Assembly: GCA_963771175.1 (NCBI GenBank)
Contig: CAVYSY010000051.1
Span: 1 to 64,000, forward strand
Length of the DNA: 64,000 bases
Reading direction: 5' to 3'
Origin: an uncultured delta proteobacterium
GTDB lineage: Bacteria > Myxococcota > Myxococcia > Myxococcales > Myxococcaceae
A program made the translations under genes and the position numbers. Of this stretch, positions 11,038 through 22,680 are shown one piece after another (position 1 is the stretch's first letter; each line of letters starts with the position of its first letter). Under the pieces are notes generated by a model, which was not told the origin of the DNA, made no database searches, and saw nothing but the letters and a program-made list of their open reading frames with translations.

Positions 11038-11847
11038 CTAACCGCCCTGGGTCGCCACCGCCGGCTTCGGCGCGACGACCTTGCCCTGCTCGTATTCCGT
11101 CAGCTCCGCGACGAGGGCGCCCAGGGCGAGATCCGCCTCGATGCGCACCGGCACGTGCCGCGCATCCGCCGTCAGCCACACCGCCATGTCGCGCTTGGAC
11201 TTCAGGTTGCCGGAGAACTCGGTGTACACGCGCAGTCGGTACACCTCCTGCTTGCCCAGGCTCGTGGAGAGCGTCTCCTTCGCCTCCACCTTCGCCTTCA
11301 TCAGGAAGCTCCTCGAGCCGGTGAAGACGGGGTAGCTGTACTCCTTGCCCACCTCCAGTGCGCGGTTGCGCAGCGCGAAGGTGGCCCCGGCCACGTCGAG
11401 GGTGCCCTCGGCGAGCTCGTGCGTGTACTCGCGGGGCGTCTCGCCCTCCTTCTGCTTCACCACCTGGGCGGAGCGGCCATCGTCGCTCTGCTTCACGCGC
11501 ACGCGGCGGCGCTGGCGATTCTGGTCCTCGAGCATGTCGGAGCCCAGCACCCGCTGCGTGTCGGAGTGCCAATAGGAGACGAACTTGTCCTTGATGGGCC
11601 ACACGCCCGCCACCGACTCCGTCTTCGCCACCGCCACCAGGGGCCATACCTCCCGGCCCCACTGCTTCATCGGCGCGCCCACCGTCACCTGGGCCGTGCC
11701 CGCGGTCATCCCGAGGTACTGGACGCGGTAGCGCGCCTGCTCGCCGGGGCCAAAGGCCGTCCGGGCCTCTCCCTGTGCCAGGGCCGACCCCGACAGCAGG
11801 AGGCTGAACAGCATCCCGGTGAACACTCCCTTGCACTGATTGCGCAT
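11038..11847 (-). CDS. Secreted DUF3108-family protein
   Basis: Signal peptide ending ALAQ; FGPGEQARYRVQYLGMTAG; VWLTADARHVPVRIEADLALG. Confidence 0.85.
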   Translation of the reverse strand: MRNQCKGVFTGMLFSLLLSGSALAQGEARTAFGPGEQARYRVQYLGMTAGTAQVTVGAPMKQWGREVWPLVAVAKTESVAGVWPIKDKFVSYWHSDTQRVLGSDMLEDQNRQRRRVRVKQSDDGRSAQVVKQKEGETPREYTHELAEGTLDVAGATFALRNRALEVGKEYSYPVFTGSRSFLMKAKVEAKETLSTSLGKQEVYRLRVYTEFSGNLKSKRDMAVWLTADARHVPVRIEADLALGALVAELTEYEQGKVVAPKPAVATQGG

Positions 11848-12149
11848 CGATGGCTCCTGGCTCGGTCCTCCGCGGCCTTGCCAGTTGGCAGGTGCGGAAA
11901 CTAGGCAGCCACACCCTGGCGCGCCAACTCCACGGCCAGCTTGGGACTCCCCGGCTGCATCCTCATGGACGGATGCAGCGGGGGCCCATTCAACCGCGAA
12001 TTCCGCCGATCATACCCGCCCGAGTGGGAAGCAGGTGGGGCCCGGTCGTTCAGCATCCGACCTGGCACGCGCGGGGCGCAAGGCTGCTAGCCTGGGGAGG
12101 ACCGACCGGCACATGCCGGGGCCGGTGCCCACAGCCCAGGAGGCACGCC

Positions 12150-12356
12150 ATGGCGTTGGACCACTACGAAGACGACGACGAGAAGGACTCGGGCTCGAAG
12201 AATGCCCGCAAGGACTTCGACTGCCCGGATTGCAACGCCAACAATCCGCTCGAGGAGCCGCTCAAGGATGGGCAGGAGCTGCTCTGCAACTACTGCGGCA
12301 TGGAGTACGTGGTGAAGGCCCTGGACAACGGCCGCTTCAAGTTCAAGGAGCTGTGA
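12150..12356 (+). CDS. Small zinc-ribbon protein
   Basis: AGGAGG SD; CPDC...CNYC. Confidence 0.75.
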   Translation: MALDHYEDDDEKDSGSKNARKDFDCPDCNANNPLEEPLKDGQELLCNYCGMEYVVKALDNGRFKFKEL

Positions 12357-12369
12357 GGCCTGGGGGGAC

Positions 12370-13036
12370 TCAGGTGCGCTCGCCGAAGATGGCGGTGCCC
12401 ACCCGCACCAGGGTGGCCCCTTCCTCGATGGCCAGCTCGAAGTCGTGGGTGGTGCCCATGGACAGGCCCGTCAGCCCGTGTTGCCGGGCCAGCTCCCGCA
12501 GCGTGCGGAAGTAGCCACGCGCCACCTGCTCGTCCTCGGTGGGCGGGGGCAGCGACATGAGGCCCTCCACCCGCAGCCCCGGCAGTGCGCGCACGCGACT
12601 CCAGGAAGGGCCCGAGCGCCTCCGGGGCCAGCCCGCTCTTGGAGGCCTCGCCGCCCACGTTCACCTCGACGAAGCAGGGGATGGGCGAGTCCTGACGGCG
12701 GCGCGACAGCTCCTGGGCCACCTCCAGCCGGTCCAGCGCGTGGAAGGACCGCGCGGCCTTCGCCACGTACTTCACCTTGTTCGTCTGCAGGGGCCCGATG
12801 GCGTGCCAGCGCAGGCCCTCCAGGTCCGCCAGCTCCGCGGCCTTGTCCCGGAGCTCCTGCGCGTAGTTCTCCCCGAAGTCCCGCTGCCCCGCCGCGTACG
12901 CCTCGCGGATGAGGGCCGCCGGCTTCAGCTTGGAGACGGCCACCAGGGTGACGGACCCGGGCGCCCGGCCCGCTCGGGCACACGCCCGGGCCACCCGCTC
13001 CTGAATCTCCTTCAACCGCTCGGCGACACCGCTCAT
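12370..13036 (-). CDS. yggS: PLP homeostasis protein YggS (one frameshift)
   Basis: [53 protein letters not shown]. Confidence 0.92.
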
Positions 13037-13634
13037 GGGACGCTCCAGGGCAGGGGGAGGCCGGCCCGGGCGAGCAGCTCCAGCGTCTCGCCCAGGGGCA
13101 GGCCGATGACGTTGGTGGGGCTGCCCTCCACCGCCGCCACCAGGAAGCCGCCCTTGCCCTGGATGGCGTAGCCGCCCGCCTTGTCCAGGGACTCGCCGGT
13201 GCCCACGTACCAGGCGATCTCCCCGGCGCTCAGCCGGCGGAAGGTGACGTGGGTGCGCACCACCGTGGAGTGCTCGCCCGCCGGGCCCGCGAGCGCCACC
13301 CCGGTCTGGACCTCGTGTGTCCTGCCCGACAGCCGGCCGATCATCGTCACGGGCCTCGGCCTCGTCTCGGGGCTTGCCGAACAGCTCCTCCCCGAGGACG
13401 ACGGTGGTGTCCGCCGCCAGCACCCAGGAGCCGGGGTTCCGGGTCGCCACCACTCGGGCCTTTTCCTGGGCCAGACGCAGGACGTAGGCTGTGGCCGGCT
13501 CGCCCCGTAGGGGCGTCTCGTCGATGTCCGCCGCGGACACCTCGAAGCTCAGCCCGAGCTGGCCGAGCAGCTCGCGCCGACGCGGCGAAGCGGACGCGAG
13601 AACGAGTCGTGGTTTGACCCACTGGTGTGTGCAT
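13033..13634 (-). CDS. maf: Maf nucleotide pyrophosphatase (frameshifted)
   Basis: [39 protein letters not shown]. Confidence 0.9.
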
Positions 13635-13679
13635 GTTACGGCTCGGCTCTAGCAGAACTGCGCCCTGGAGTGGATCGGG

Positions 13680-14758
13680 ATGAATCCCGCGGACCTGCTC
13701 GCGGCCATGACGCGCACGGTGGAGCAGCTCGCCGCCTACAACGACATCGCCAAGGCGCTCACCTCCACGCTCGAGCTGCGCGAGGTGCTCAACCTGGTGA
13801 TGCAGAAGGTGCGCAGCCTGCTGCGGCCTCGCAACTGGTCGCTCCTCTTGCAGGACGAGCGCACCGGCAAGCTCTACTTCGAGATCGCCGTGGGGGAGGG
13901 GGCGGAGGTGCTCAAGGGGCTGCAGCTCGGCCCGGGCGAGGGCATCGCCGGCACCGTGTTCTCCTCGGGGACGGCCCGGCTGGTGGAGGACGTGGCGGAC
14001 GATCCGGCCTTCGCGCTCCCGCTTCGACGACGCCTCGGCCTTCCACACCCGCTCCATCGTGGCCGTGCCGCTCATCGCGCGGGGGCGGGTGCTGGGCGTC
14101 ATCGAGCTGGTGAACGGCGTCAGGGACCGGCCCTTCACCCGACGAGGACCTGATGGCGCTCACGGCCATCGCGGACTTCGCGGCCATCGCCATCGAGAAC
14201 GCGCGCAACTTCCGCCGGGTGCAGGAGCTCACCATCACCGACGAGCACACGGGCGTCTACAACGCCCGGCACCTGCGCGCGCAGCTCGAGCACGAGGTGC
14301 GGCGCTCGCAGCGCTTCCACCACCCGGTGTCGCTCGTCTTCCTGGACCTGGACCGCTTCAAGGCCATCAACGATGCCCACGGGCACCTGGTGGGCAGCGC
14401 GGTACTCAAGGAGGTGGGCGAGCTGCTCGTCTCGTGCTGCCGGCAGCTCGACTACGTCTTCCGCTACGGCGGGGACGAGTTCGCCCTGCTGCTGGTGGAG
14501 ACGGGCACGGACGGGGCGGTGACGAGCGCCACGCGCATCCGGGACGCCTTCCGCAACCGCCCCTTCCAGCAGGCGGCGGGGTTGGAGCTGCGCGTCACCG
14601 CGAGCCTCGGCGTGGCCACCTACCCGGAGCACGCCCTGTCGGCGGTGGACCTGGTGCGGGCGGCGGACTTCGCCATGTACGCCGCCAAGGCCCGGGGCCG
14701 CGACGACGTCTGCGTGGCCGTGCCCGCACGCGGACGCTGCCCGGCGGCGTGGCCATGA
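13680..14758 (+). CDS. GAF-GGDEF diguanylate cyclase (frameshifted)
   Basis: N-terminal GAF; DLDRFKAINDAHGHLVG; RQLDYVFRYGGDEF with intact GGDEF and RxxD I-site. Confidence 0.9.
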
Positions 14759-14769
14759 GGCCCGGTAGG

Positions 14770-14808
14770 AAATGAAGAAGGGGGCGCCCGCCGAAGGGTG
14801 ACGCCCCC
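14770..14808 (-). terminator. Hairpin terminator between convergent genes
   Basis: GGGGGCG...CGCCCCC stem followed on the minus strand by TTCTTCATTT. Confidence 0.5.
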
Positions 14809-14838
14809 TGCGACGAGAGGGACGGGCCCTCCCGGGGA

Positions 14839-16423
14839 CTAGCCGCCGCTCACCTGGTCGATGGCCTCGGTGTTGGTCTGCACCTTGCCCTGCTTCTTCA
14901 GCGCCTTGACGAAGGACTCGGCGCACCTCGTACTGCTTGGCCTTGCGCGGCCTGCTGCTGCAGCTCGTTCTTCTTCTGCGGCGAACCGGGCCTCGTCGCT
15001 GGGCTTCTTGCGCTCGGTCACCTGGGCCACCACGAAGCCCTCGCCCACGCGGGAACACCTGGTCGAGCACGGCCGGCGCCCTTGCTGGCGAAGACGGCGC
15101 GTGAGCAGGTCCGGCGCGGGGCCCAGGTGCGGCACGTGATGCTGGCGGCGTTGAAGGTGTCCGTCTGCACCGCCTCCGGACGGGTCTCCGTCTCGAAGCG
15201 CAGCAGCGCCGGCTGGCCCTCCTTCTCCGGCGGGAAGAGGGCGGAGAGCGTCTTGCCCCCCTTCACCTGCGGCCAGCGCCTTCTGCGCCTCGGCCTGGGC
15301 GAGCTCCTTCGCCTTCTCCTTCTTGTAGAGCGTGGTGGCGATCTCGTCCTGGACCTCCTCCAGCTTCTTGTCCGCGGCCGGCCGCTTCTCCTCCACCTTC
15401 ACCAGGTGGATGCCGTACTTCGTCTCGATGGGCGACGTCACCTTGCCGGGCTCGAGCGCGAAGGCCGCGTTGGCCAGCGCCGGCTCCCAGTTGCCGCGCT
15501 CCACCCAGCCGAGGTCGCCGCCGGTGCCCTTGGTGCCCAGGTCCTCGCTGCTGGCCCGCGCCACCTCGGCGAAGTCCTTGCCGCCCTCGAGCTCCTTGGC
15601 GAGCGCCTGGGCGCGCTCCAGCGCCTGGGCCTTCTGCTCCGGCGTGGCCTCGGGGTCGAGCTTGACGAGGATCTGCCGCGCGCGGATGCGCTCGGGCTGC
15701 TGGTACACGAAGCGGTTGGCCTCGTAGTAGTCCTCGATGTCCTTCTCGTGCGCCTGCTTGAAGGCGGTCAGGTCCTCGGCGCGTGGGCGCCGGCACCTTG
15801 TCGGCGTACATGGTGGGCAGGAAGCGCGCGAACACGATGCTGGCCTGGTTGCCCTCCTTCTCGAAGCGCGAGCGCACCTCGTCATCCGAGACTGACGGCG
15901 CCGCTCTGCACCATCTCGAGCATCTTCTGCGCCGCCAGCCGCCGCCGCAGGTCTGTCCTCGTAGTCCGCGGGCGTCTGCCGGTAGTAGTCGCGCAGCACG
16001 CTGCTGGTAGGTGGCGAAGTCGAACTGGCCGTCCTTCTGGAAGTCGGGGCTGTTCTGGAGGAGCTTCAGAATCTCCTCGTCCGAGGCCCGCACGCCCCGC
16101 TGCTCGGCCGCCTGGGCGAGCAGCTCCGTGTTCACCAGCCGCTCGAGCACCTGCTGGGGCAGGCCGAACTGCCGGGCGACCGCCTCGGTGACGGGCTGGC
16201 CCTGCGCGCGCAGGTACTGGAGCTGGTTCGCGTACTCGCGACGGAACTCCAGGAGGGGGATGTCCCTGCCGTTCACCACCGCGGCGGCCGAGGGGGCGGC
16301 GGCACCGGGCTCGCCGTGGCGAACCCGCTGCTGCCCGGGCCGAACTGCAGGGTGAACACCACCGCGATCGCGATGATGAAGAGGTAGACAGACGACCTTC
16401 CGCGGCTCGAGAGCGTCCTTCAT
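14839..16423 (-). CDS. ppiD: SurA/PpiD-type peptidyl-prolyl isomerase (multiple frameshifts)
   Basis: N-terminal TM, AAVVNG, FQKDGQFD; parvulin domain RARQILVK...DFAEVARASSED...GGDLGW...YGIHLVKV. Confidence 0.85.
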
Positions 16424-16653
16424 GATGCCGTACCTGTGCCTGTGAGAACGCGCCGGGTGGCTCCCTCCGATGGAAGGATTCGCGGCGCGCGTGTGTTGGG
16501 TGCCCGGTCGGATGGTGGACGATGGAACGCCACCCTCCGTGAAGACCTTGACTGCCTAGAGCAACACCCGGGAAAATGCAAGCGATTCAGAGTAGTTAGC
16601 GAGCCCCCTGCCATTCCCGCCGCTCCCTCCTCTCCTACACGGACCTTCACGAA

Positions 16654-17517
16654 GTGCTGTCGCTTCTCAAGCGCTACCGGACGCTTCTCATCGTGGGTGT
16701 GCTGCTGCTGTACCCGCTCGGGGCCTTCCTGACGACGGGGCGGCGCGGCAGAACCCCCAATTTCTTGGACCGGGTGGTCATCGGCGTGACCGCCCCGCTT
16801 GCAGCGCGGACTGATTGGCCTCATCGACGGGGTCAAGGCCGTGGTGTTCGGCTACATCGACTTGCGCGAGGTGCGCGCAGGAGAACGAGGAGCTGCGCAC
16901 GGAGAACCTGCAGCTTGCGGGCGGCGGTGCAGGCGCTCGGCGAGACGCGGGCGGAGAACGAGCGGCTGCGAGGCCTGCTCGGGTACGCGCAGGCGGCGTC
17001 GGGGCCGGAGATCACCGCGCGGGTGGTGGGCGTCAACCCGGTGGCCAAGCTGCTGTCGGTGCGGATCAACCGGGGCGAGACGGACGGGGTGTTCCGCGGC
17101 ATGTCCGTGGTGACGCCGGACGGCATCGTCGGCCAGGTGGTGCGCACCACCGGGGGCTGGGCGGACGTGGCGCTGGTGACGGACGTGCAGAGCCGGGTGG
17201 CCGTGCGGGTGCAGCGCTCGCGAGCACGTGGCACGGCGGCCGGAGCGGGCAAGGGTCCGCTGCGGCTGGAGAACGATGCTGCGCACCGAGGACATCCAGG
17301 AGGGAGACCTCGTCATCACCTCCGGCACGGACGGCGTGTACCCGCCGGGGCTGGTGGTGGGGAAGGTGACGCACCTGGAGAAGACGGAGCATGGCATGTT
17401 CCTGGGCGGCGACATCGTCCCCGCGGTGGACACCACCCGGCTGGAGGAGGTGCTCGTGGTGGGCAACCCCTTCGGCAGCGCTGGCGCAGGCTCCGGCTGG
17501 AAGAGAGCGCTAGATGA
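16654..17517 (+). CDS. mreC: Rod shape-determining protein MreC (frameshifted)
   Basis: ENERLRGLL, INRGETDGV, GIVGQV, GDLVITSGTDGVYPPGLVVG, RLEEVLV. Confidence 0.9.
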   Translation: MLSLLKRYRTLLIVGVLLLYPLGAFLTTGRRGRTPNFLDRVVIGVTAPLAARTDWPHRRGQGRGVRLHRLARGARRRTRSCARRTCSLRAAVQALGETRAENERLRGLLGYAQAASGPEITARVVGVNPVAKLLSVRINRGETDGVFRGMSVVTPDGIVGQVVRTTGGWADVALVTDVQSRVAVRVQRSRARGTAAGAGKGPLRLENDAAHRGHPGGRPRHHLRHGRRVPAGAGGGEGDAPGEDGAWHVPGRRHRPRGGHHPAGGGARGGQPLRQRWRRLRLEESAR

Positions 17518-18027
17518 TGAAGTTCCTCGTCACCATGGGCCTGGCCCTGCTGCTGCTCACCCTGGAGTCGGTGGTGGTGCAGCAGCTCGGCCTGGCCATC
17601 AGCCGCATCGACGTGACGGTGGTGCTGGTGGCCTTCCTGGCCGCTGCGCGCCAGCACGCTGGAGGGGGCCATCTCCTCCTTCGCCGTGGGCTACCTGCTG
17701 GACCTGATGAGCGGCCAGCCCACCGGACTCTTCACCTTCCTCGCCGTCTTCACCTTCCTGGTGGGCAAGCTGGTGGCGAGCCTGGTGGAGGTGCGCGGTC
17801 GCGCGGCCTTCGTCCTCTTCGCGATGGGCGCGGACATGGGCCACGGCGTGCTGGCCGGCTTCTTCACGTGGCTCACCACGAAGGAGCGGCTCCGTCTCGC
17901 GGCGCTGCTGTCGGGCCTGCCCGCTGCAGGTGACGCTCACCGGCGTGGCGGCGGTGTTCCTCTACCCCCTGCTGCGGCGCTTCGAGGCGTCGCAGGATCG
18001 CAATCTTCCGCGGGGCTGCTGCGGTGA
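17514..18027 (+). CDS. mreD: Rod shape-determining protein MreD (frameshifted)
   Basis: Hydrophobic, GYLLDLMSG motif, located between mreC and mrdA. Confidence 0.75.
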
Positions 18028-20038
18028 CTCCTCCGACGCTGGCCGAGACGACTCCGGGGCGCGACCTCAAGCAGCGCTTCGTGTGGGTGGGACTGGCCAT
18101 GGTGGCCGGGCTGGTGGCGCTCGCCGTCCAGCTCTACCGCCTGCAGATCACCCAGGGCGAGGAGTACGCCGCCAAGAGCGTGGCGAACTTCGTGAAGGAG
18201 GTGCGCCAGCGCGCGGATCGCGGCCTCATCAAGGATCAGCGCGGCACCATCCTGGTGGACAGCCGCCCCTCCTTCGACGCCTTCGTCACCCCGGCCTTCT
18301 GTACCAACTGCGCCACCGAGGTGCTGCCGCAACTGGGCGAGCTGCTCGGCTGGGACGAGCCCATGCGCAAGAAGGTGGAGGACCAGGTGCGCATGGCGCG
18401 CCGCAACGCGCCCTTCCAGCCACTACCGGTGCGCATCGACCTGACGCGCGACGAGTACGACCGCATCAACGCCCGCCGCGACATGCTGGACGGCGTGGAC
18501 GTGGTGCCCGTGCCGCACCGCAACTACCGCACCTGCGAGCGTGCTGTCGCACGTGCTCGGTTACATGAACGAGATCACCACGGACGAGCTGGAGCGCCTC
18601 AACGCCGAGGGCTCGCGCTACGCGCTGGGTGACTACATCGGCCGTCGAGGCCTGGAGCGCTACTTCGAGACCACGCTGCGTGGCACGGACGGCGTGCGCA
18701 AGGAAGTGGTGAACGCGCGCGGCCGCGTCATCGAGGAGCTCCAGGACAAGCTGGGCAAGGACGCGGTGGTGCCGTCGCGGCCGGGCAACAACGTGGTGCT
18801 GTCCATCGACATGCGCCTGCAGGAGGAGGCCGAGAACGCCTTCCCGGCCTCCGCCGGCGCGGTGGTGGCGGTGGACGTGAAGACGGGCTTCATCCGCGCG
18901 GTGGTGTCGCGTCCGGGGTTCGATCCCAACCTGCTCACCGGCCGCATCACTCCCTCGCAGATGGCCTCGCTGGCGAGGGATCCGCTGCAGCCGATGATCA
19001 ACCGCATCTCCGCGGACCACTTCAGCCCGGGCTCCACCTTCAAGGTGATCACCTCGCTGGCGGCCTACAAGTCGGGCCTCTTCCGGCCGGAGACGGTGGT
19101 GAACTGCCCGGGCGGTTACCGGCTCGGCGCGCGCACCTGGCGCTGCCACAAGGACAGCGGTCACGGGCCGGTGAACGGCAAGACGGCGCTGCAGTACTCG
19201 TGCGACACCTGGTTCTACAAGGTGGCCGATACCCTCGGTCTGGATCCCATCGCCGAGATGGGCAAGGCCCTGGGCCTGGGCGCGCCCACGGGCATCGGCG
19301 TGCTCGCCGAGGTGCCGGGCATCATGCCGTCCAGCGAGTACCACAACAAGGCATCCCCGGGCGGCTACACCAAGGGCATGGCGCTCAACAGCGCCATCGG
19401 CCAGGGCGACGACAACGTCACGCCGCTGCAACTGGCCATGGTGTACGCGGCCATCGCCAACGGCGGCACGCTGCTACAAGCCGCAGCTCGTCGAGCGCAT
19501 CGAGGGCCTGGATGGTGAGGTCATCGCGCAGAACTCGCCGGAGGTGGTGCGTCAGGTGGACATCCCCAAGGCGCACCTCGACGCGGTGAAGGTAGGGCTG
19601 ATCGCCACGGCGATGGAGCCGGGCGGTACGGCCTACAGGTCGATGGTGCAGTCGGGGCTGAAGGACGTCGTGGTGGCGGGCAAGACGGGCACCGCGCAGG
19701 TGGCCACGCTGGGCACGGTGCGTATCAAGACGCACCAGATGGACTTCTTCCAGCGAGACCATGCGTGGTTCGCCGGGTTCGCGCCCGCGAATGATCCGGA
19801 GATCGCAGTGGTGGTGATCAACGAGCACGGTGGCCACGGGGGTGCGGATGCCGCGCCCACCGCCATGGCGGTCATCAAGAAGTACTTCGACCTGAAGAAG
19901 GAGGACTCGGCCAACCCACCTCCTCGCCAGAACACGCCGTATGTGCCGACGCTGCCAGTCGCGCCGAGCGTGGACGGCATCTCGCTCACCCGGGGCTCGG
20001 CTCCGGTCGCCGGGGGGGACGATGCAACTGCGGATTGA
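18024..20038 (+). CDS. mrdA: Penicillin-binding protein 2 (frameshifted)
   Basis: RLQITQGEEY, RGLIKD, PGSTFK (SxxK), SCD, AGKTGTAQ, DHAWFAGFAP. Confidence 0.93.
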
Positions 20039-21174
20039 GCGCCGCATGGTGCCCCACATCCCGTGGGGGCTCATCTTCAGCGTGCTCGCGGTGGTGGGGC
20101 TGGGCATCTTCAACCTCGCCTCGGCCTCGCGCGCGCAGGCCTCGCCGGTGTGGACGAGCCAGGCCATCTACGTGGGCGTCAGCCTGGGGATCGGCGCCCT
20201 GGTGTGCCTGGTGGACTACCGGCTCATCCAGCGCATGGCGCTGCCCATCTACGTCCTCAACATCGTGGCGCTGCTCGCGCTGCGCGTCATCGGCCACAAG
20301 GCCAAGGGCGCCGAGAGCTGGTTCGTCCTGGGCCCCATCCGCATCCAGCCCGCCGAGTTCATGAAGATCGGCGTGCTGCTGATGCTGGCCAAGGTCTACC
20401 ACGACGACTTCAAGCCCGGAGACGGGGCCTACGGCCTCATGCGCCTGGTGCAAGCCGGTGCTGGTGGTGATGGTGCCCTTCGTGCTGGTGCTGGTGCAGC
20501 CGGACCTGGGCACCGCGCTGATGATCTTCCTGTCCTCGCTGACGGTCATCCTGTTCGGCAAGGTGCGCTGGTACCTCGTGACGGTGATGGTGGTGGGCAT
20601 CCTCGCCGGGGCGGGCATCATCTGGAACGACTACGTGCGGGAGCAGCCCGAGCCGCGCACCACCCTCGTGCGGCACATGCTCAAGCCGCACCAGAGCAAG
20701 CGCATCTCCGGGTGGTTGGACCCCGAGTCGGATCTGCGGGGCAGCGGCTACCACGCGGCCCAGTCGAAGATCGCCGTGGGCTCCGGCGGGCTCACCGGCA
20801 AGGGGTGGAAGGAGGGGACCCAGACGGGCCTGTCCTTCCTCCCCGAGCAGCACACGGACTTCATCTTCTCCGTGTGGGCGGAGGAGCACGGCTACCTCAT
20901 GTGCCTGCTCCTGCTGGTGCTCTACGGCCTGGTCTTCACCCTGGGCCTGGGGGTGGGCTTCAACGCCCGGGACAGGTTCGGCGCCTTCGTGGCGGTGGGC
21001 GTGGTGTCGATGCTCTTCTGGCAGGTGTTCGAGAACATCGGCATGGTCATCGGCCTGCTGCCGGTGACGGGCATCACCCTGCCGCTGCTGAGCTACGGCG
21101 GCTCCTCGCTGGTGAGCGTGATGCTCAGCATCGGGCTGCTGGTGAACATCAGCATGCGCCGCCACATGTTCTGA
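20022..21174 (+). CDS. rodA: Rod shape-determining protein RodA (one frameshift)
   Basis: IQPAEFMK, QPDLGTA, QSKIAVGSGG, FLPEQHTDFIF, LPVTGITLPLLSYGGSS. Confidence 0.95.
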
Positions 21175-21207
21175 GCGGGGCCGGCACCGCGAGGCACCGG
21201 CCGCCCC

Positions 21208-22590
21208 TCACAAGGCGCGGCCGGTGAGGATGAGCGTCACCACGGTGAAGTAGATGATCACGCCCGGTGACGTCCACCAGCGTGGCCACGAAGGGCGCCG
21301 AGGCGGTGGCGGGATCCAACCCGAGCCGCCGCAGCAGGAAGGGCAGCATCGAGCCGCACACCGTGCCGAACGTCACCACGCCCACCACGCTCAGGCCCAC
21401 CGCGACTCCCACCCAGGCGAAGTGCGGGCCGTAGAGCGTCTCGTGCTGCGGCCACATCAGGATGCGCAACAGGCCCAGCGTCCCGAGGAAGACGCCCAGC
21501 GCCACGCCGCTGATGACCTCCCGCGTGGCCACCTTCCACCAGTCACGCAGGTGCACGTCGCGCACCGCCAGCGCGCGGATGATGAGCGAGGTGGCCTGCG
21601 AGCCCGAGTTGCCTCCCGAGGAGATGATGAGCGGCACGAAGGCGCTGAGGAACACCGCCTGCGCGATGGCGTCCTGGTAGTAGGCCATGGCCGTGGCGGT
21701 GAACATCTGCCCCACGAAGAGCACCGTCAGCCAGCCCACCCGCTTGCGCAGCATCCCCATGATGCCGATGTCCAGGTAGGGCGCCTCCAGGGCCTCCATA
21801 CCGCCGATGCGCTGGATGTCCTCGGTGGCCTCTTCCTCGGCCGCGTCGAGCACGTCGTCCACGGTGATGATGCCCACCAGCACGCCCTGGGAGTCCGTCA
21901 CCGGCAGCGCCACCCGGTCGTACTTCTCGAACATGCTGATGAACTCCTCGCGGTCCGCCGTGGCCGGGATGCTCACCAACTGCCGATCGTGGATGTCCGT
22001 CACCTTCGCGTGCCGGGTCCGCCAGCACCAGCGAAGCCAGCCGCACGTCGTCCAGCAGCCGGCCCTTCTCGTCCACGATGTAGAGCACGTGCAGCGTCTC
22101 GCGGCCCTGCCCGTGCGCGCGCACGTACGCCAGCGCCTCGCCCGCCGTCAGGTTCCCCGGGATGGTGAGGTACTCCGGCGTCATGTACCGGCCGGCGCTC
22201 TTCTCCGGGTAGCCGAGCAGCTGGCGCGCCACCTTCAGCTCTTCCGGCGACAGCGAGGTGAGCAGCCGCTTCGTCACCTCCGCCGGCAGCTCCTCGAGCA
22301 GGCGCGTGCGATCGTCCGGCGCCATCTCGTTCAGCAGGTTCTTGAGCTGCTCCGTGCCCAGCGTCGTGACGATTTCCGTCTGCTGGTGCGGCGGCAGGTA
22401 CTCGAAGACGAGCGCCGCCGTGTCGCGCGGCAGCAGCCGGAAGATGACGCCGCTCTCGTCCGCGGGCAGATCCTCGATGACCTCGGCCACGTCCGCCGGA
22501 TCCATGTCCGTGAAGGCATCGCGCAGCGCGTTCCAGTCTCTTGGCGGCGATGAGCGCGTCGAACTCGGGCTTCAGGAGGTTTCCCAGCAT
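21208..22590 (-). CDS. mgtE: Magnesium transporter MgtE (frameshifted)
   Basis: GYPEKSAGRYMT, GIITVDDVLD, SGGNSGSQ, DPATASAPFVATLVDVTG. Confidence 0.92.
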
Positions 22591-22680
22591 CTCAATCTCC
22601 GCGCGCGGACGAGCGGGCGCATGGTGTATGAAATGCGGCGGTTGGGGTACGGAAATCTGACCGTGCCACCGGAGGAGAAG

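Noticed and set aside
9331..11904. Long antisense ORFs (also 32497-34899, 42509-44233, 44418-46631, 55893-57965, 61032-62834)
   Set aside because: Shadow ORFs expected opposite real genes in high-GC DNA; they show no motifs.
12150..12356. LysW amino-group carrier
   Set aside because: Similar zinc ribbon, but no C-terminal EDWGE and no lys/arg genes nearby.
14839..20500. Programmed frameshifting or pseudogenisation of ppiD/mre genes
   Set aside because: The breaks are scattered, hit essential genes and show no shared slippery motif; sequencing error is more parsimonious.
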